Below, one piece after another: positions 31,400 through 41,072 of a stretch of DNA of 64,000 nt (positions are counted from its first letter, which is position 1; each line of letters opens with the position of its first letter). Under the pieces are notes generated by a model. That model was not told the origin of the DNA. It worked only from the letters and a program-made list of their open reading frames with translations, and did no database searches. The stretch lies in contig CBDCJO010000002.1 of assembly GCA_965217865.1 (NCBI GenBank), positions 416,001 through 480,000 of the forward strand, given 5' to 3'. The DNA is from Candidatus Latescibacterota bacterium. GTDB lineage: Bacteria > Latescibacterota > UBA2968 > SICM01. The position numbers were made by a program, and so were the translations under genes.

Positions 31400-32296
31400 A
31401 TGCGCCTTGCATCGTTCATCGCATCCGCCGTCGGTGGAATCCTGGTGCTCTGTTCCATCTCCGACGTGGCGGCCCAGAGTAGGTCCGGGGGGACGCCGCG
31501 CTCCGGGTGGTACGTCGGTGGGGGCATCGGATCGAATTGGGCGTCCGATTTGGACCAGGAGGGCTGGAATCGGGATCCGCTCTGCTATCCAACGGACCTT
31601 TGTTTCGATGCGGATCCCGTTCCCGAAATCTCCGGATACCGCTGGCGTTACGATATCGACGCGGCCGCCGGAGCCGCGTTCGAGATCTCGGCCGGCCTCA
31701 TCTCCGATCGCACACGCATGGAGCTATCGCTCGCGCAACGGAAGAACGGCCTCGACCAGATGTTCCGCAGCATCACCGATTACGATGGAACGCCCATGCA
31801 AGAACGGCGCGGCGGTAACGTCGTATCCAATGCCCGGGCCTCAATCGACAATCTCACCGTGCGCACCCTTGCGCTCAATGTGTACTATGATTTTCCGGAT
31901 GCATACCGCGGGATTTCTCCATACCTGGGCGGTGGGCTGGGTCCCGCATTCGTCGAGGTGTCCGGGGTGCGGTTTTCCACCGATTACGAGGACACATCGG
32001 GTAATGCTCAAGTTTACGATCCTCCCCTGTCGTTCTACAACAGCCGCCAGGACGCTGACCTGTCCGACACGGTCTTGGCCGGGCACCTGCACGTCGGCGC
32101 CGACTACAGCCTGAACGACAAGGTGTCGTTGGGACTGAAGCTGACCTGCTCGATGATGGACGACATCGAAGACAGCAGCGGATACTCGCTTCACCCGCTT
32201 CACAAGCGGGACCCGGACTTCCTCAACCACAATACGTTCACCGGCTCGCGTTACTGGACACTGACGTTTACAGCCAAACGCCTGTTCGGCAACTGA
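31400..32296 (+). CDS. opacity/P44-Msp2-like outer-membrane beta-barrel (intact)
   Basis: signal peptide; GWYVGGGIG, LNVYYDF...PYLGGGLG and HVGADY; C-terminal RLFGN. Confidence 0.8.
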   Translation: MRLASFIASAVGGILVLCSISDVAAQSRSGGTPRSGWYVGGGIGSNWASDLDQEGWNRDPLCYPTDLCFDADPVPEISGYRWRYDIDAAAGAAFEISAGLISDRTRMELSLAQRKNGLDQMFRSITDYDGTPMQERRGGNVVSNARASIDNLTVRTLALNVYYDFPDAYRGISPYLGGGLGPAFVEVSGVRFSTDYEDTSGNAQVYDPPLSFYNSRQDADLSDTVLAGHLHVGADYSLNDKVSLGLKLTCSMMDDIEDSSGYSLHPLHKRDPDFLNHNTFTGSRYWTLTFTAKRLFGN

Positions 32297-32399
32297 ACGG
32301 GTCCATCTGATCGAGTTTTGGCGGGGACTGGCCGAGTTGCCTTCAGCGGCCCGTCCTGGCTGGATTATTATACACATATACACACACAGCCCACGGAAT

Positions 32400-32511
32400 C
32401 CTTGGGAGACGTGGCGTTGGACATACACAAAGATTCGATCACCGTTGCGCTTGCCGGTCGGGATCGGGAAGGACCGAAGCTTTATGGCACGATACCGTCT
32501 ACGGGCGAAGC
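32400..32511 (+). mobile_element. IS110-family transposase N-terminal remnant
   Basis: VALDIHKDSITVALA (first DEDD aspartate motif), cut by the IS3 end. Confidence 0.6.
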
Positions 32512-33787
32512 TGATATGCCCCGGGAAAAGTGGACAGTGGTTTAAGCCGCTTTCTGCAGCGATAGGCGTTCAAAAAGGGCCGGGGACACATAGTCCATGT
32601 AAGCGTGCAGCCGCTGATTGTTGTAAAACATTTCGATGTACTCGAAGAGTTCGCGCTCTGCATGATCGAGGTCGATCAAGTCGACGTGATACAGCCATTC
32701 GGTCTTCAAGGTTTTGAAGAATGACTCGGAGACGGCATTGTCCCAGCAATCGGCCTTCTTGCTCATGCCTTGAACAAACTGATGCGCGTCGACGGCCTTT
32801 CGGAAGCCATCGCAGCAATACTGAATACCTCGATCGGAATGAATCATCAGATTCGGCTGCGGTCTGCGTTGCCATACTGCGCGTGACAGGGCCGTGAGTA
32901 CCGTTTCGTGCGCCAGCGAGGTGCTGACGCACCAGCCCAACCACGCGACGTGAAAACAGGTCAATGAATACAACCAGATACAGCCATCCCGATCGACTGG
33001 ACAAATACGTGATATCGCTGACCCACACTTCGTTGGGACGACCCGCGTCAAAGGCCCGGTTCAGCAAGTTCGGGGATGCCTTCAGGTCGTGCTTCGTATC
33101 CGTGGTCACCACGAACTTCCGACGTACCTTCGACCGGAGGCCCTGACGACGCATCGAAAAGGCCACGCGGTTGCGCCTATACGGCTTTCCTTGTGCCGCC
33201 AGCGCACGGCTGATCTTCAGGCTCCCATACCGGCCACGGCTGGCCTCGCAGGCCGCTTTTACCAGGACATCCAGAAGAAGTCGTTCCTGCTCGCGCTCGC
33301 TCTCAAGGCGGGAAAACCAGCCATAGTAACCGCTTGTTGACACATCAAGCAACTTCGCCATCCTCTCCACCGAAAACTCCAAGTGGTGGTCCTTTATGAA
33401 CCTGAATCTGCTTTCGGTGTCTTTGAGAAGATGGCCACTACTTTGTTCAGGATGTCCCGTTCTTCCCCGCGCGATGTCAAGCTCTCGACGTAAACAGCGG
33501 TTCTCCTCCTCCAAAGGCTTCTGGTGACCTGTACCTGGGAACGCATCGATCGGGTCTGCCTCCAGCTCATCACGCCAGCGCCGGATCGCCCCCTGGTATA
33601 ATACCAGGTCCCGTTCTATCTGCCGGTCCGTCTTTCCACTGGTGTCAGCCAGACGCACCGACTCTCTCTTGAACTCAGAATCATACCGCTTTCCCGGATG
33701 TGAAGTTCCTTGACCTTTCATAGACACACCTCCTATACCTACAAAATATACTACCTCTTGGTGTGTCCACAATCCCCAAACAGGTCA
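32512..33787 (-). mobile_element. IS3-family element (different subgroup), frameshifted
   Basis: IRs tgatatgccccgggaaaagtggacag and tgacctgtttggggattgtggacac; KRYDSEFKRESVRL, WVSDITY, HSDRGIQY and CWDNAVSESFF. Confidence 0.9.
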
Positions 33788-34078
33788 AACACTATCCCAG
33801 ACGTAATGCAGGTACCAATCCAGCGAGGCTCGGAGCTAGACCCTAGAGTCTGGCCGAAGGTTCTTAAGCGCGCGAGCGCGTTGCCCCTAATTCTTGGCGA
33901 CGCACCGTGGCGAGGCACAATTTTTCGCAACAACAAGATGGAGACAGGGGCTCGCATTCTGGCGATACAGTTAGCATGCTACATGCTCGGAGTCGGGGGA
34001 GTCGACCGTGAGAAACTGCTCGCGCACTATAGAGGACACCTTGATGATGACATGGCGAAACTCCCTCCGTGTCTATAA
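33788..34078 (+). pseudogene. C-terminal fragment resembling DGQHR/DndB-like proteins
   Basis: L.DAPWRGTIF...KM...LACYMLG...LLAHYRGHL....LP tail pattern; N-terminus removed by IS3. Confidence 0.35.
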
Positions 34079-34130
34079 TAGTGAGACAGTTTCCCGGCTG
34101 AGTTTAGTGTAGAGGGTGAGGAGGATTGGA

Positions 34131-34435
34131 GAGCTCTCGTCAAGAGGTGTGTAAAAAGGTCAGGCGGCCAGCTTCTTCCCCGAGTCGATAGTGATCTTGT
34201 TTTTGCGGTGGTGCTGTGCGTAGACATCCTTTAGCAGATGGGGTGCGTTGAGTCGTCGGAAGCGTTTTTCAGCGACCATCCGCGTGCGCCAGATCAGGGC
34301 GCTTGCGGCGGCGACCTTTTTGTATCGCTTGGCCGCGTTGGTTCTCAAGCGGACGGAGGCAAAGGGGCTTTCGACGACATTGGTGGTTCTCAGGTGTCTC
34401 CAGTGTTTTGTCGGAAAGTCGAAGAAGGTGAGCAT
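34131..34435 (-). mobile_element. IS256-family right-end remnant (third copy)
   Basis: near-identical to 28404-28708. Confidence 0.85.
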
Positions 34436-34827
34436 TCGTCTCGAAAGCGCTCGGAGGATCGACGGCTGGGAATACCCCGGAAAGTGTGATTCGGGAAGCC
34501 GTGGTGAACGCACTCGTCCACCGCGACTACAGCATTGCGGGGACCGACGTCATGCTGGCCATCTACTCTGACCGTCTAGAGGTCCAGAGCCCTGGCAGAT
34601 TACCCAACACGGTGACGCCCGAGGGAATGAAGTTGGGCATGCGTTACGCGCGCAATCAGACACTCGTCAATATCATGCGCGACTACGGATACGTCGACGC
34701 TCGCGGCATGGGGGTGAGGAACAAGATTATTCCGGGAATGCGAGCGCATAACGGCACCGAACCCGACCTGATCGAGGAGGAGCACCGCTTCACGGTCCGC
34801 CTGTGGAAGGAGCGTAGCAAAGTGTAA
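34436..34827 (+). pseudogene. C-terminal HATPase_c_4 domain of a Schlafen/AlbA_2-type ATP-binding protein
   Basis: EYP..IREAVVNALVHRDYS...DRLEVQSPG...ARNQTL...G.G; 5' end replaced by IS256. Confidence 0.8.
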
Positions 34828-37800
34828 TGGGTAAAGCAACAAACAACGGGGCTCGGCCTTTCAGCGGACAAGGCATTCATGGGCTTGGTTGATCATGGCT
34901 TATTCAGTGAGAATCTTCCGCCATGCTTTACCTCCGAAGGGCTTTCAGGCCATGTAACGAAAAACCTTATATCGCTAACAACGGAAAACGACGAAAACAG
35001 GTTGGCTGATTTCCTTAAGAAGGTAAAACACGATTTTATTCACTACGAATCGTTATATCACACCAACCTTCCTCGTCAGATGGGGGTCCCCCATCCTGAA
35101 AGCTATATTGTCCAGTGTCTGGCTCTGAAGCGGCATTGGGCGAAGATCAAAAAGCACTGCGCGGAACCGGAGACACCGGTGAGCCGTATCTTTGTTCGAA
35201 AAACGTCAAGTCGGCGTGTTTTTCAGATGAATTACAAAGGAAAGGAACACTCCGAGAACGAAGAAGCGGACATTCGCAAAAGGACCGGCGCACATTATGT
35301 CGTTCGCACTGACATATCGAATTGCTTTCACAGCATCTACACCCACTCGATCCCATGGGCACTGCATGGGCGTCAAAAATCTAAAAAGAAACACTCGCTC
35401 TTGTTGGAGGGAAATCTTCTGGACAAGTCCACTCAGGTTACCCGAGATGGACAGACCAATGGGCTCTTGATCGGGCCGCACACATCCAACGTCGTCTCCG
35501 AGATAATACTGACCAGCATTGACCATGAGATGCTCCAGAAGAGATACAAGCGATTTAGACGCTATATTGATGATTACACCTTTTACGCGAAAACTCACAA
35601 CGAAGCTGAGGATTTCATCCGTGAACTCGGGATGCAGTTGCGCAAATACGAGCTTGTTCTGAACGGAAGTAAGACTGAAATCATGCCCATGCCACTTCCA
35701 ATCGAAAAAGACTGGATTCGAGAGTTGGAAAACTTCCAATGGCCAGCAGAAGACGAAACCGTTCGCTTCAGAACGGTTCGCTCGCTCCTGGACTTGGCAC
35801 TGAAGCTAACGCACGGAGCGGAGACCCATGCCGTTTTGAACTACGCCATCAAGATGGTGCCTCCACGTCTTGATAGACGAACTAAGCGTCTCTTCGTTCA
35901 GCAGGCTGTCAACTTGGCGCTGCTATATCCATATCTTGCCCCATTACTGGACAAACATGTGTTCTGCAAGCATCGCTATGATGGAATCGAGAAAGTCATT
36001 CTTGAGTTCATCGAACAGCTCCTGGAGATTGGAATTAAGAGGGTTTATTCGGATGCCATCGCCCATGCCTTGTTTTACTCGCTCAAATATGACCTGCAGT
36101 TCAATATGGCGGAGAACAAGCTCCAAAATGAGGTCATCAAAATTGATGACTGTCTCTCAGAAGTGTTGCTGCTAGAGTACGCAAAACACCACCGAATTAA
36201 GAGTATTCGGGATGCGATATCTTTTGTCTGAGATCGCCCGAAAAAACGGGGGCAAGGTCGAAGCAAGATCCTGGTTGCCTGTAGGGTTGAGAAGGGATAC
36301 ATATTTTGGGATATCCCTGACCTCACAGGAGGAGTAAAGATGGAGCAACTGTCCTCAAACAGTGACCCGGTCAAGAAGCGCAGGAGCTTGTCCCCGGAAC
36401 AGAAGTATGAGATTTTCCTTGAAGCCAGCCGGGGAGATGTTCCCATTGCACAGGTGCTGCGGAAATGGGGCATTCATTCCTCGGATCTAAAGCGTATTCG
36501 TGAGTCGGTCAAGTCCGGGGCCCTCAAGGAGTTCAAGGGTCGCCGGAGCCGCAAGCCGATGGTATCGGCTGAGGAGGTGGAGCAGCTGCGCAAAGAGCGG
36601 GCACGCCTGGAGCAAACGATCATTGAGCAATCTGTGGAACTTTCCCTGCTAAAAAAAAGTGTGAATGGGATCTGACAGGCCCGATCAAGGGCCACCGGGT
36701 GCAAGCTGAGGTCAAACGCGAGATCCTCTTAATGGTCCATCGGGCCAAGGAGAAAGGGGTGAAACTCACCCGTTCTTGCGAGATCCTACAGCTTCCCCTC
36801 CAGCGGTATTGTGCCTGGAGCCGGCGAGATCGAGAAGAGAAGCTGGATGGGGTGTCGGACCCGCTTTTGGATGGGAAGCCCGGGCCCGCCCCTGATGAGG
36901 CCCCACACGGATTGCTGAGGGAGGAGAAAGAGCAAATCTCGGCCCTCTTAAGGGATGAGACCTATGCCGATCTGCCTCCCCATCAGCTGGCGGTGGTAGC
37001 CTCAGAGAAGGGGGTAGTGCAGGCCTCGGCCTCCAGCTTCTACCGACAGGCCAGGAAAGAACGTCTGGCACGCAGGAAACAGGTGAGGACGCCGGTCAAG
37101 CAGAGCAAGCCCCAGGTCAAACCTGAAGGTCCTAATCAGGTCTGGAGCTGGGACCTGACCTACATCCCATTTTTCGGTTTGTTCCTGTATTTTACCGCCA
37201 TTCTCGACGTGTATTCCAGGAAGATCGTAGGATGGAAGCTCTCCTTCAACGCGACCGTGGAGCAGGTCAAACAGGCTTGGGATCAAGCCCTTGCCAACGA
37301 AGGACTGCTGGACACTGGGCCCATAAGCTTGACAGCCCTCTCAGATCACGGATCTCAGATGAAGGCCAAATCGATGGCCCAATTCTTCAAGGACCTGGGC
37401 ATCTCGCAGCTGTTTGCCCGATATCAAACACCCACGGACAACGCCTGGATCGAAGCCTTTTTCCGGACATTCAAATACGACTGGCTGCGCTTCCAGGACA
37501 TCTTCACATTCCATCAACTGGAAGGCCTGATTGATTCCTTCATTCACAGCTACAACGCCGAACGCTATCACGGGGCAATACAGTATGTCACGCCTCTTCA
37601 GAGGCATAAAGGCCAGCATCAAAAGATTCTTCACCACCGACAAGGTCGAAAGGAGGAGGCTCGGCAGCGCCGCATAGAAATCAATCGGCAAAGAACATCC
37701 CAGACCATCCACAAGGCTGCCTGAATCTTGCTTGGACCTTTATCTGCTTTTCTCTTGTTATCTCAGAATAGATACAGCGATACGAACTCGTGACGGATAA

Positions 37801-37945
37801 TCTGAAGGGTATGGAGATCCGAGAGAAGGACCGCTTCTGGCTTCTGATCTATCAAGTGTGGCGCGAAAAAACGCTGAACGACGAAGGCCAATCATTTTTG
37901 GCTGAGTTGAAGCGAAAACGCTTCGACTTTGTAAACTTCATATGA
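34827..37945 (+). pseudogene. defence-type reverse transcriptase (Abi/UG class, DRT4/UG15-like), interrupted by IS3
   Basis: LPPCFTS, PHP, DISNCFHSIYTHSIPWALHG, GLLIGPHTS and RYIDDY, then a helical C-terminus. The tail (…EKDRFWLLIYQVW…FDFVNFI*) resumes after the IS. GCGA TSD. Confidence 0.85.
36218..37776 (+). mobile_element. IS3-family element, copy 2
   Basis: matches 15251-16815 except a 6-bp indel and a few SNPs; 4-bp TSD gcga (36214-36217 / 37777-37780). Confidence 0.92.
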
Positions 37946-38095
37946 TGCTCTCAGAACAGCCGGATCGAGGACAACCACGATGTGTCCAGGTCGCGTCTCG
38001 ACACGATTCTTTACCTTGCGTACGTGGTGCGCATAGAGGAAACAAAGGTGTTCTTGCGGTTGATTGAGGGCTTTTCACAAATCGAGACTTGAAGG

Positions 38096-38582
38096 ATGCT
38101 TGATCAGAAGACGTTGGACGACATAATCCGGCGCATTGTGGAGGTGGCCCAGCCGGAGAAGATCATCCTCTTCGGGTCCGCCGCCCGCGGGCCGCATGGG
38201 TCCCAACAGCGACGTTGACTTGCTCATCATCAAGGAGAGACCGGACCCGCTCGATATCATGGCCCGTTATTTACAGGAAGCTTCATGGGGTCTGCGCCGC
38301 GGTTGATGCGATTCGTAGTTGGCCTTGGGGGTCAGGCAGCCGAGAAGGCTATCAAAGCCTTGATGATCAGGCAACATTTTAAGTATCCATACTTGCATGA
38401 AATTTGGCTCGCCTATTGTCGCTGCTTGAAGAAACAGGAAAAATCATCCCGGAGGTGGTCCGCAAGGCTGAGGAATTCACCCCATACGCCGTGATCACGC
38501 GCTAATCCCGGGACCGCTAGACATGTTTTGCCATACAGGAGTATATGGAAGCGGTTGAGATCGCCGAAGCAGTTGTTCCAAT
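38096..38582 (+). pseudogene. degenerate MNT-HEPN toxin-antitoxin pair
   Basis: MLDQKTLDDIIRRIVEVAQPEKIILFGSAARG/ PNSDVDLLII (GS..D.D motif), then QAAEKAIKAL...YPYLH (HEPN). Confidence 0.75.
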
Positions 38583-38814
38583 GGTGATTATATACTTGAT
38601 AAAGTCATGATAGTGATGAAGGCTCTGTCTACTCAAACAATCTGTTGGCAGTCCCCATGCCGACAAATATAGAAACAGGACATCAAAAATCAGGTAAAGA
38701 AATCGCTCGAATCGGACGATCTCCGGCCAAGGGACGGGGCATTCTGCGAGACTTTCGCAAAAAACTCAACATTTTTGGATAAAGCAAATAGCCTTTGTCA
38801 AGTATATAATTCCC
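38583..38814. mobile_element. IS1595-type non-autonomous cassette (232 bp)
   Basis: TIRs ggtgattatatacttgataaag / ctttgtcaagtatataattccc; exact 8-bp TSD gttccaat (38575-38582, 38815-38822); internal 41-codon ORF from 38657. Confidence 0.85.
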
Positions 38815-38838
38815 GTTCCAATGGGCCGAGGAGAGCCT

Positions 38839-39253
38839 GTGATTCCCAGAGAATGCAAGCGACTGGCCGAGGTGGACTTCCCCATTGCCGAAGTCTCGAA
38901 GCATGCGGCGCGAGAGAAGTCGATCCGGCACGGGCATCCCTCGACCCTGCACCTGTGGTGGGCGCGGCGGCCGCTGGCTTCGTCGCGGGCGGTGTTGATG
39001 GCGCTGCTGCTGCCGGACCCGTGCGATGAGCACTGTCCAGAAGCGTTCAAGAAAAAAGCCCGCAAGATTCTCCTCGGCATGCACGGACGGCCGTCCGGGT
39101 GGACAACCGCGATCAAGCCGGATGAGGGATTGCGCAAGATCATCCTGAAGTTCATCGCCGACTTCGCCAACTGGGACAACGCTACGAACCGCACCTGTCT
39201 CGACGTGAGCCGGGCGCTGGTGAAGGCTGCGCATGGCGAGGAGCCACCCCTGG
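38839..39253 (+). pseudogene. DUF1156 adenine DNA methyltransferase, N-terminal fragment
   Basis: KRLAEVDFPI...REKSIRHGHPSTLHLWWARRPLASSRAVL; GAGGAG RBS with GTG start. Confidence 0.85.
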
Positions 39254-39803
39254 TATGCGCACCCGAACGCTCAAACACTGCAATAGCCCAACCGATCAGC
39301 TTTTTCGCAAGGGGGGTATTCGGAGGATGAAACGAGCGTCGAAACATGAAATCAATCTCCTGAAAAACCACGATGCCCCCCGGGCGAAGGCACCCGGCGA
39401 ATTGTTTCAGAGCCTCTGAGGGGTCAGACATATACATGAGGACAAACCGGCCCACCAGGGCATCGAAGTCGCCCCCCAGATCAAGGGTCCGCGCGTCCCC
39501 CGCCACGAATTCGACATTTGTCCATCCCGCTTTTCCGACCCGCACTCGAGCCGTTTCCAGAATCTTCCCGTTGACATCCACGCCCACAACCTGACCTGCC
39601 GGACCAACCAGTTCAGTTGCGGCCAGCGCCACGTCTCCGGCACCACTGCCGATATCGAGGACCCTCATCCCGCTGACCAGGCCCGCCTCCTTGAGAAAAC
39701 GCCGGGTCAGACCCTCATACAGCCGCGACTGCCGAATCAACCGGTCCGTCTCCTCCCGGCTGCGACCCATCGTATATTTCGGATCGTCGTCCGGATTATT
39801 CAT
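39254..39803 (-). pseudogene. class I SAM methyltransferase (UbiE-like), 3' end lost at the junction with DUF1156
   Basis: GMRVLDIGSGAGDVA, VVGVD, FDALVGRFVLMY and LRPGG. Confidence 0.8.
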
Positions 39804-39905
39804 ATCACTCCCGGGTGGCCCCTCTAACCGTCATATACTACCAAGGACATTTTTTCGACACTCCATCCTGGACCGGATCGTCTCCTGACCTCTTCTCCGA
39901 CACTT

Positions 39906-40163
39906 TCAGACGGTCACCGGTAGGGTAGGTATCCCAGCGGCAGAAAGGCTCTCCATCTCACGAATGAGCGCAACTGCTTCCCGCCGCCCGGCGATCGCCG
40001 CGGCGGTGAAAAGACCGTGTTTGAAGGCGTTCGTGTTACCGACCGGTGCGCCGGGCGATGCTCCCCCGTGCATCCGGCAACGGCCGTTCGTTATCGCGGG
40101 TGACCGGCACGGCATCCCGCTTCTCGTCCAGGCGCCGCAACGCGGGCTCCGGTGCATGGGCAA
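39906..40163 (-). CDS. HGGxSTG-like small protein, copy 1
   Basis: RCGA.TRSG.PC.SPA..NGRCRMHGGASPGAP.GN.NAFKHG. Confidence 0.8.
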   Translation of the reverse strand: MPMHRSPRCGAWTRSGMPCRSPAITNGRCRMHGGASPGAPVGNTNAFKHGLFTAAAIAGRREAVALIREMESLSAAGIPTLPVTV

Positions 40164-40166
40164 GTG

Positions 40167-40565
40167 CTATGCGGGGGGTTGTTCCTCCGATTTCGTGCGA
40201 TCCCTCCTCTGTGTTTCGACCATGCCGACCACTGCCTGCCCACCCGCGTGGACGTACACATGCTCGACCGTCACCTTCTGCTGCCCCTTGCCGCGATGCT
40301 TGTCGAGGGCCCCCAGCAGGGCCGTCCACGTTCGGGATAGCCTGTTCGCCTGGTTCAGGTTCTCGCGCCGCCCCACGAAGGTCTGCTCGACGTGCATGGC
40401 GCGGCGATAGCACTCCATCGTGGCATTGTGGGCGGCGATCAACTGCGCCGCCATCATGCCCTCCAACTCGTCCCTCGGACCGATGCTGGCCAGCGCGGCG
40501 CCGGTGGCACTGATCTGCTGTATGTGGGTCTCGGTCTCGGAGTTCCCGGTCCAGAAGGACTGCAC
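40167..40565 (-). CDS. conserved hypothetical protein of the type found beside HGGxSTG genes; 5' part degenerate
   Basis: PRDELEGMMAAQLIAAHNATM...RGKGQQKVTVEHVYVHAGGQAVVG. Confidence 0.6.
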   Translation of the reverse strand: MQSFWTGNSETETHIQQISATGAALASIGPRDELEGMMAAQLIAAHNATMECYRRAMHVEQTFVGRRENLNQANRLSRTWTALLGALDKHRGKGQQKVTVEHVYVHAGGQAVVGMVETQRRDRTKSEEQPPA

Positions 40566-40826
40566 CGCCTGATTGAAGAGCAGGTTGTTCCAGTTCTTGG
40601 CGCAGCTTCCGACCTTTCAGGTCTTTCGCCGGGAACAGGTGGTTCACGCTTCGACTTCGCGCCGGCGCAATATTCTTTGAGGTATGAAAAACTCCTTTCA
40701 GGGTCCGGCTGATTTGCCCTACGCTTGCGCAACTCTGCCTCCCTCCGGCCGCGGCAAACTGGCCCCGGAAGTTGCCCCCCAATGTATGAAATGGGCGAAA
40801 AGGAACCGCACAGGCTGCACGGCTGG

Positions 40827-41072
40827 TCAGTCTTGACCGTCGACCTGCTCGACAAGGCTCTTCATCTCACGAATGAGCGCAGCCGCTTCCCGCCGCTCGG
40901 CGGTCGCCGCGGCGGTGAAAAGACCGTGTTTGAAGGCGTTCGTGTTACCGACCGGTGCGCCGGGCGATGCTCCTCCGTGCATCCGGCAACGGCCGTTCGT
41001 CATCGCGGGTGACCGGCACGGCATCCCGCTTCTCGTCCTGGCACCGCATCGCGGGCTCCGGTGCATGGGCAA
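40827..41072 (-). CDS. HGGxSTG-like small protein, copy 2
   Basis: same motif set as copy 1. Confidence 0.8.
   Translation of the reverse strand: MPMHRSPRCGARTRSGMPCRSPAMTNGRCRMHGGASPGAPVGNTNAFKHGLFTAAATAERREAAALIREMKSLVEQVDGQD

Noticed and set aside
34780-34880. Retron msr-msd upstream of the RT
   Set aside because: There is no non-coding gap: the RT start overlaps the upstream stop, and no flanking inverted repeats are visible.
15251-37776. Composite transposon bounded by the two IS3 copies
   Set aside because: Copy 2 has its own TSD inside the RT gene, so it inserted independently; the outer flanks share no duplication.
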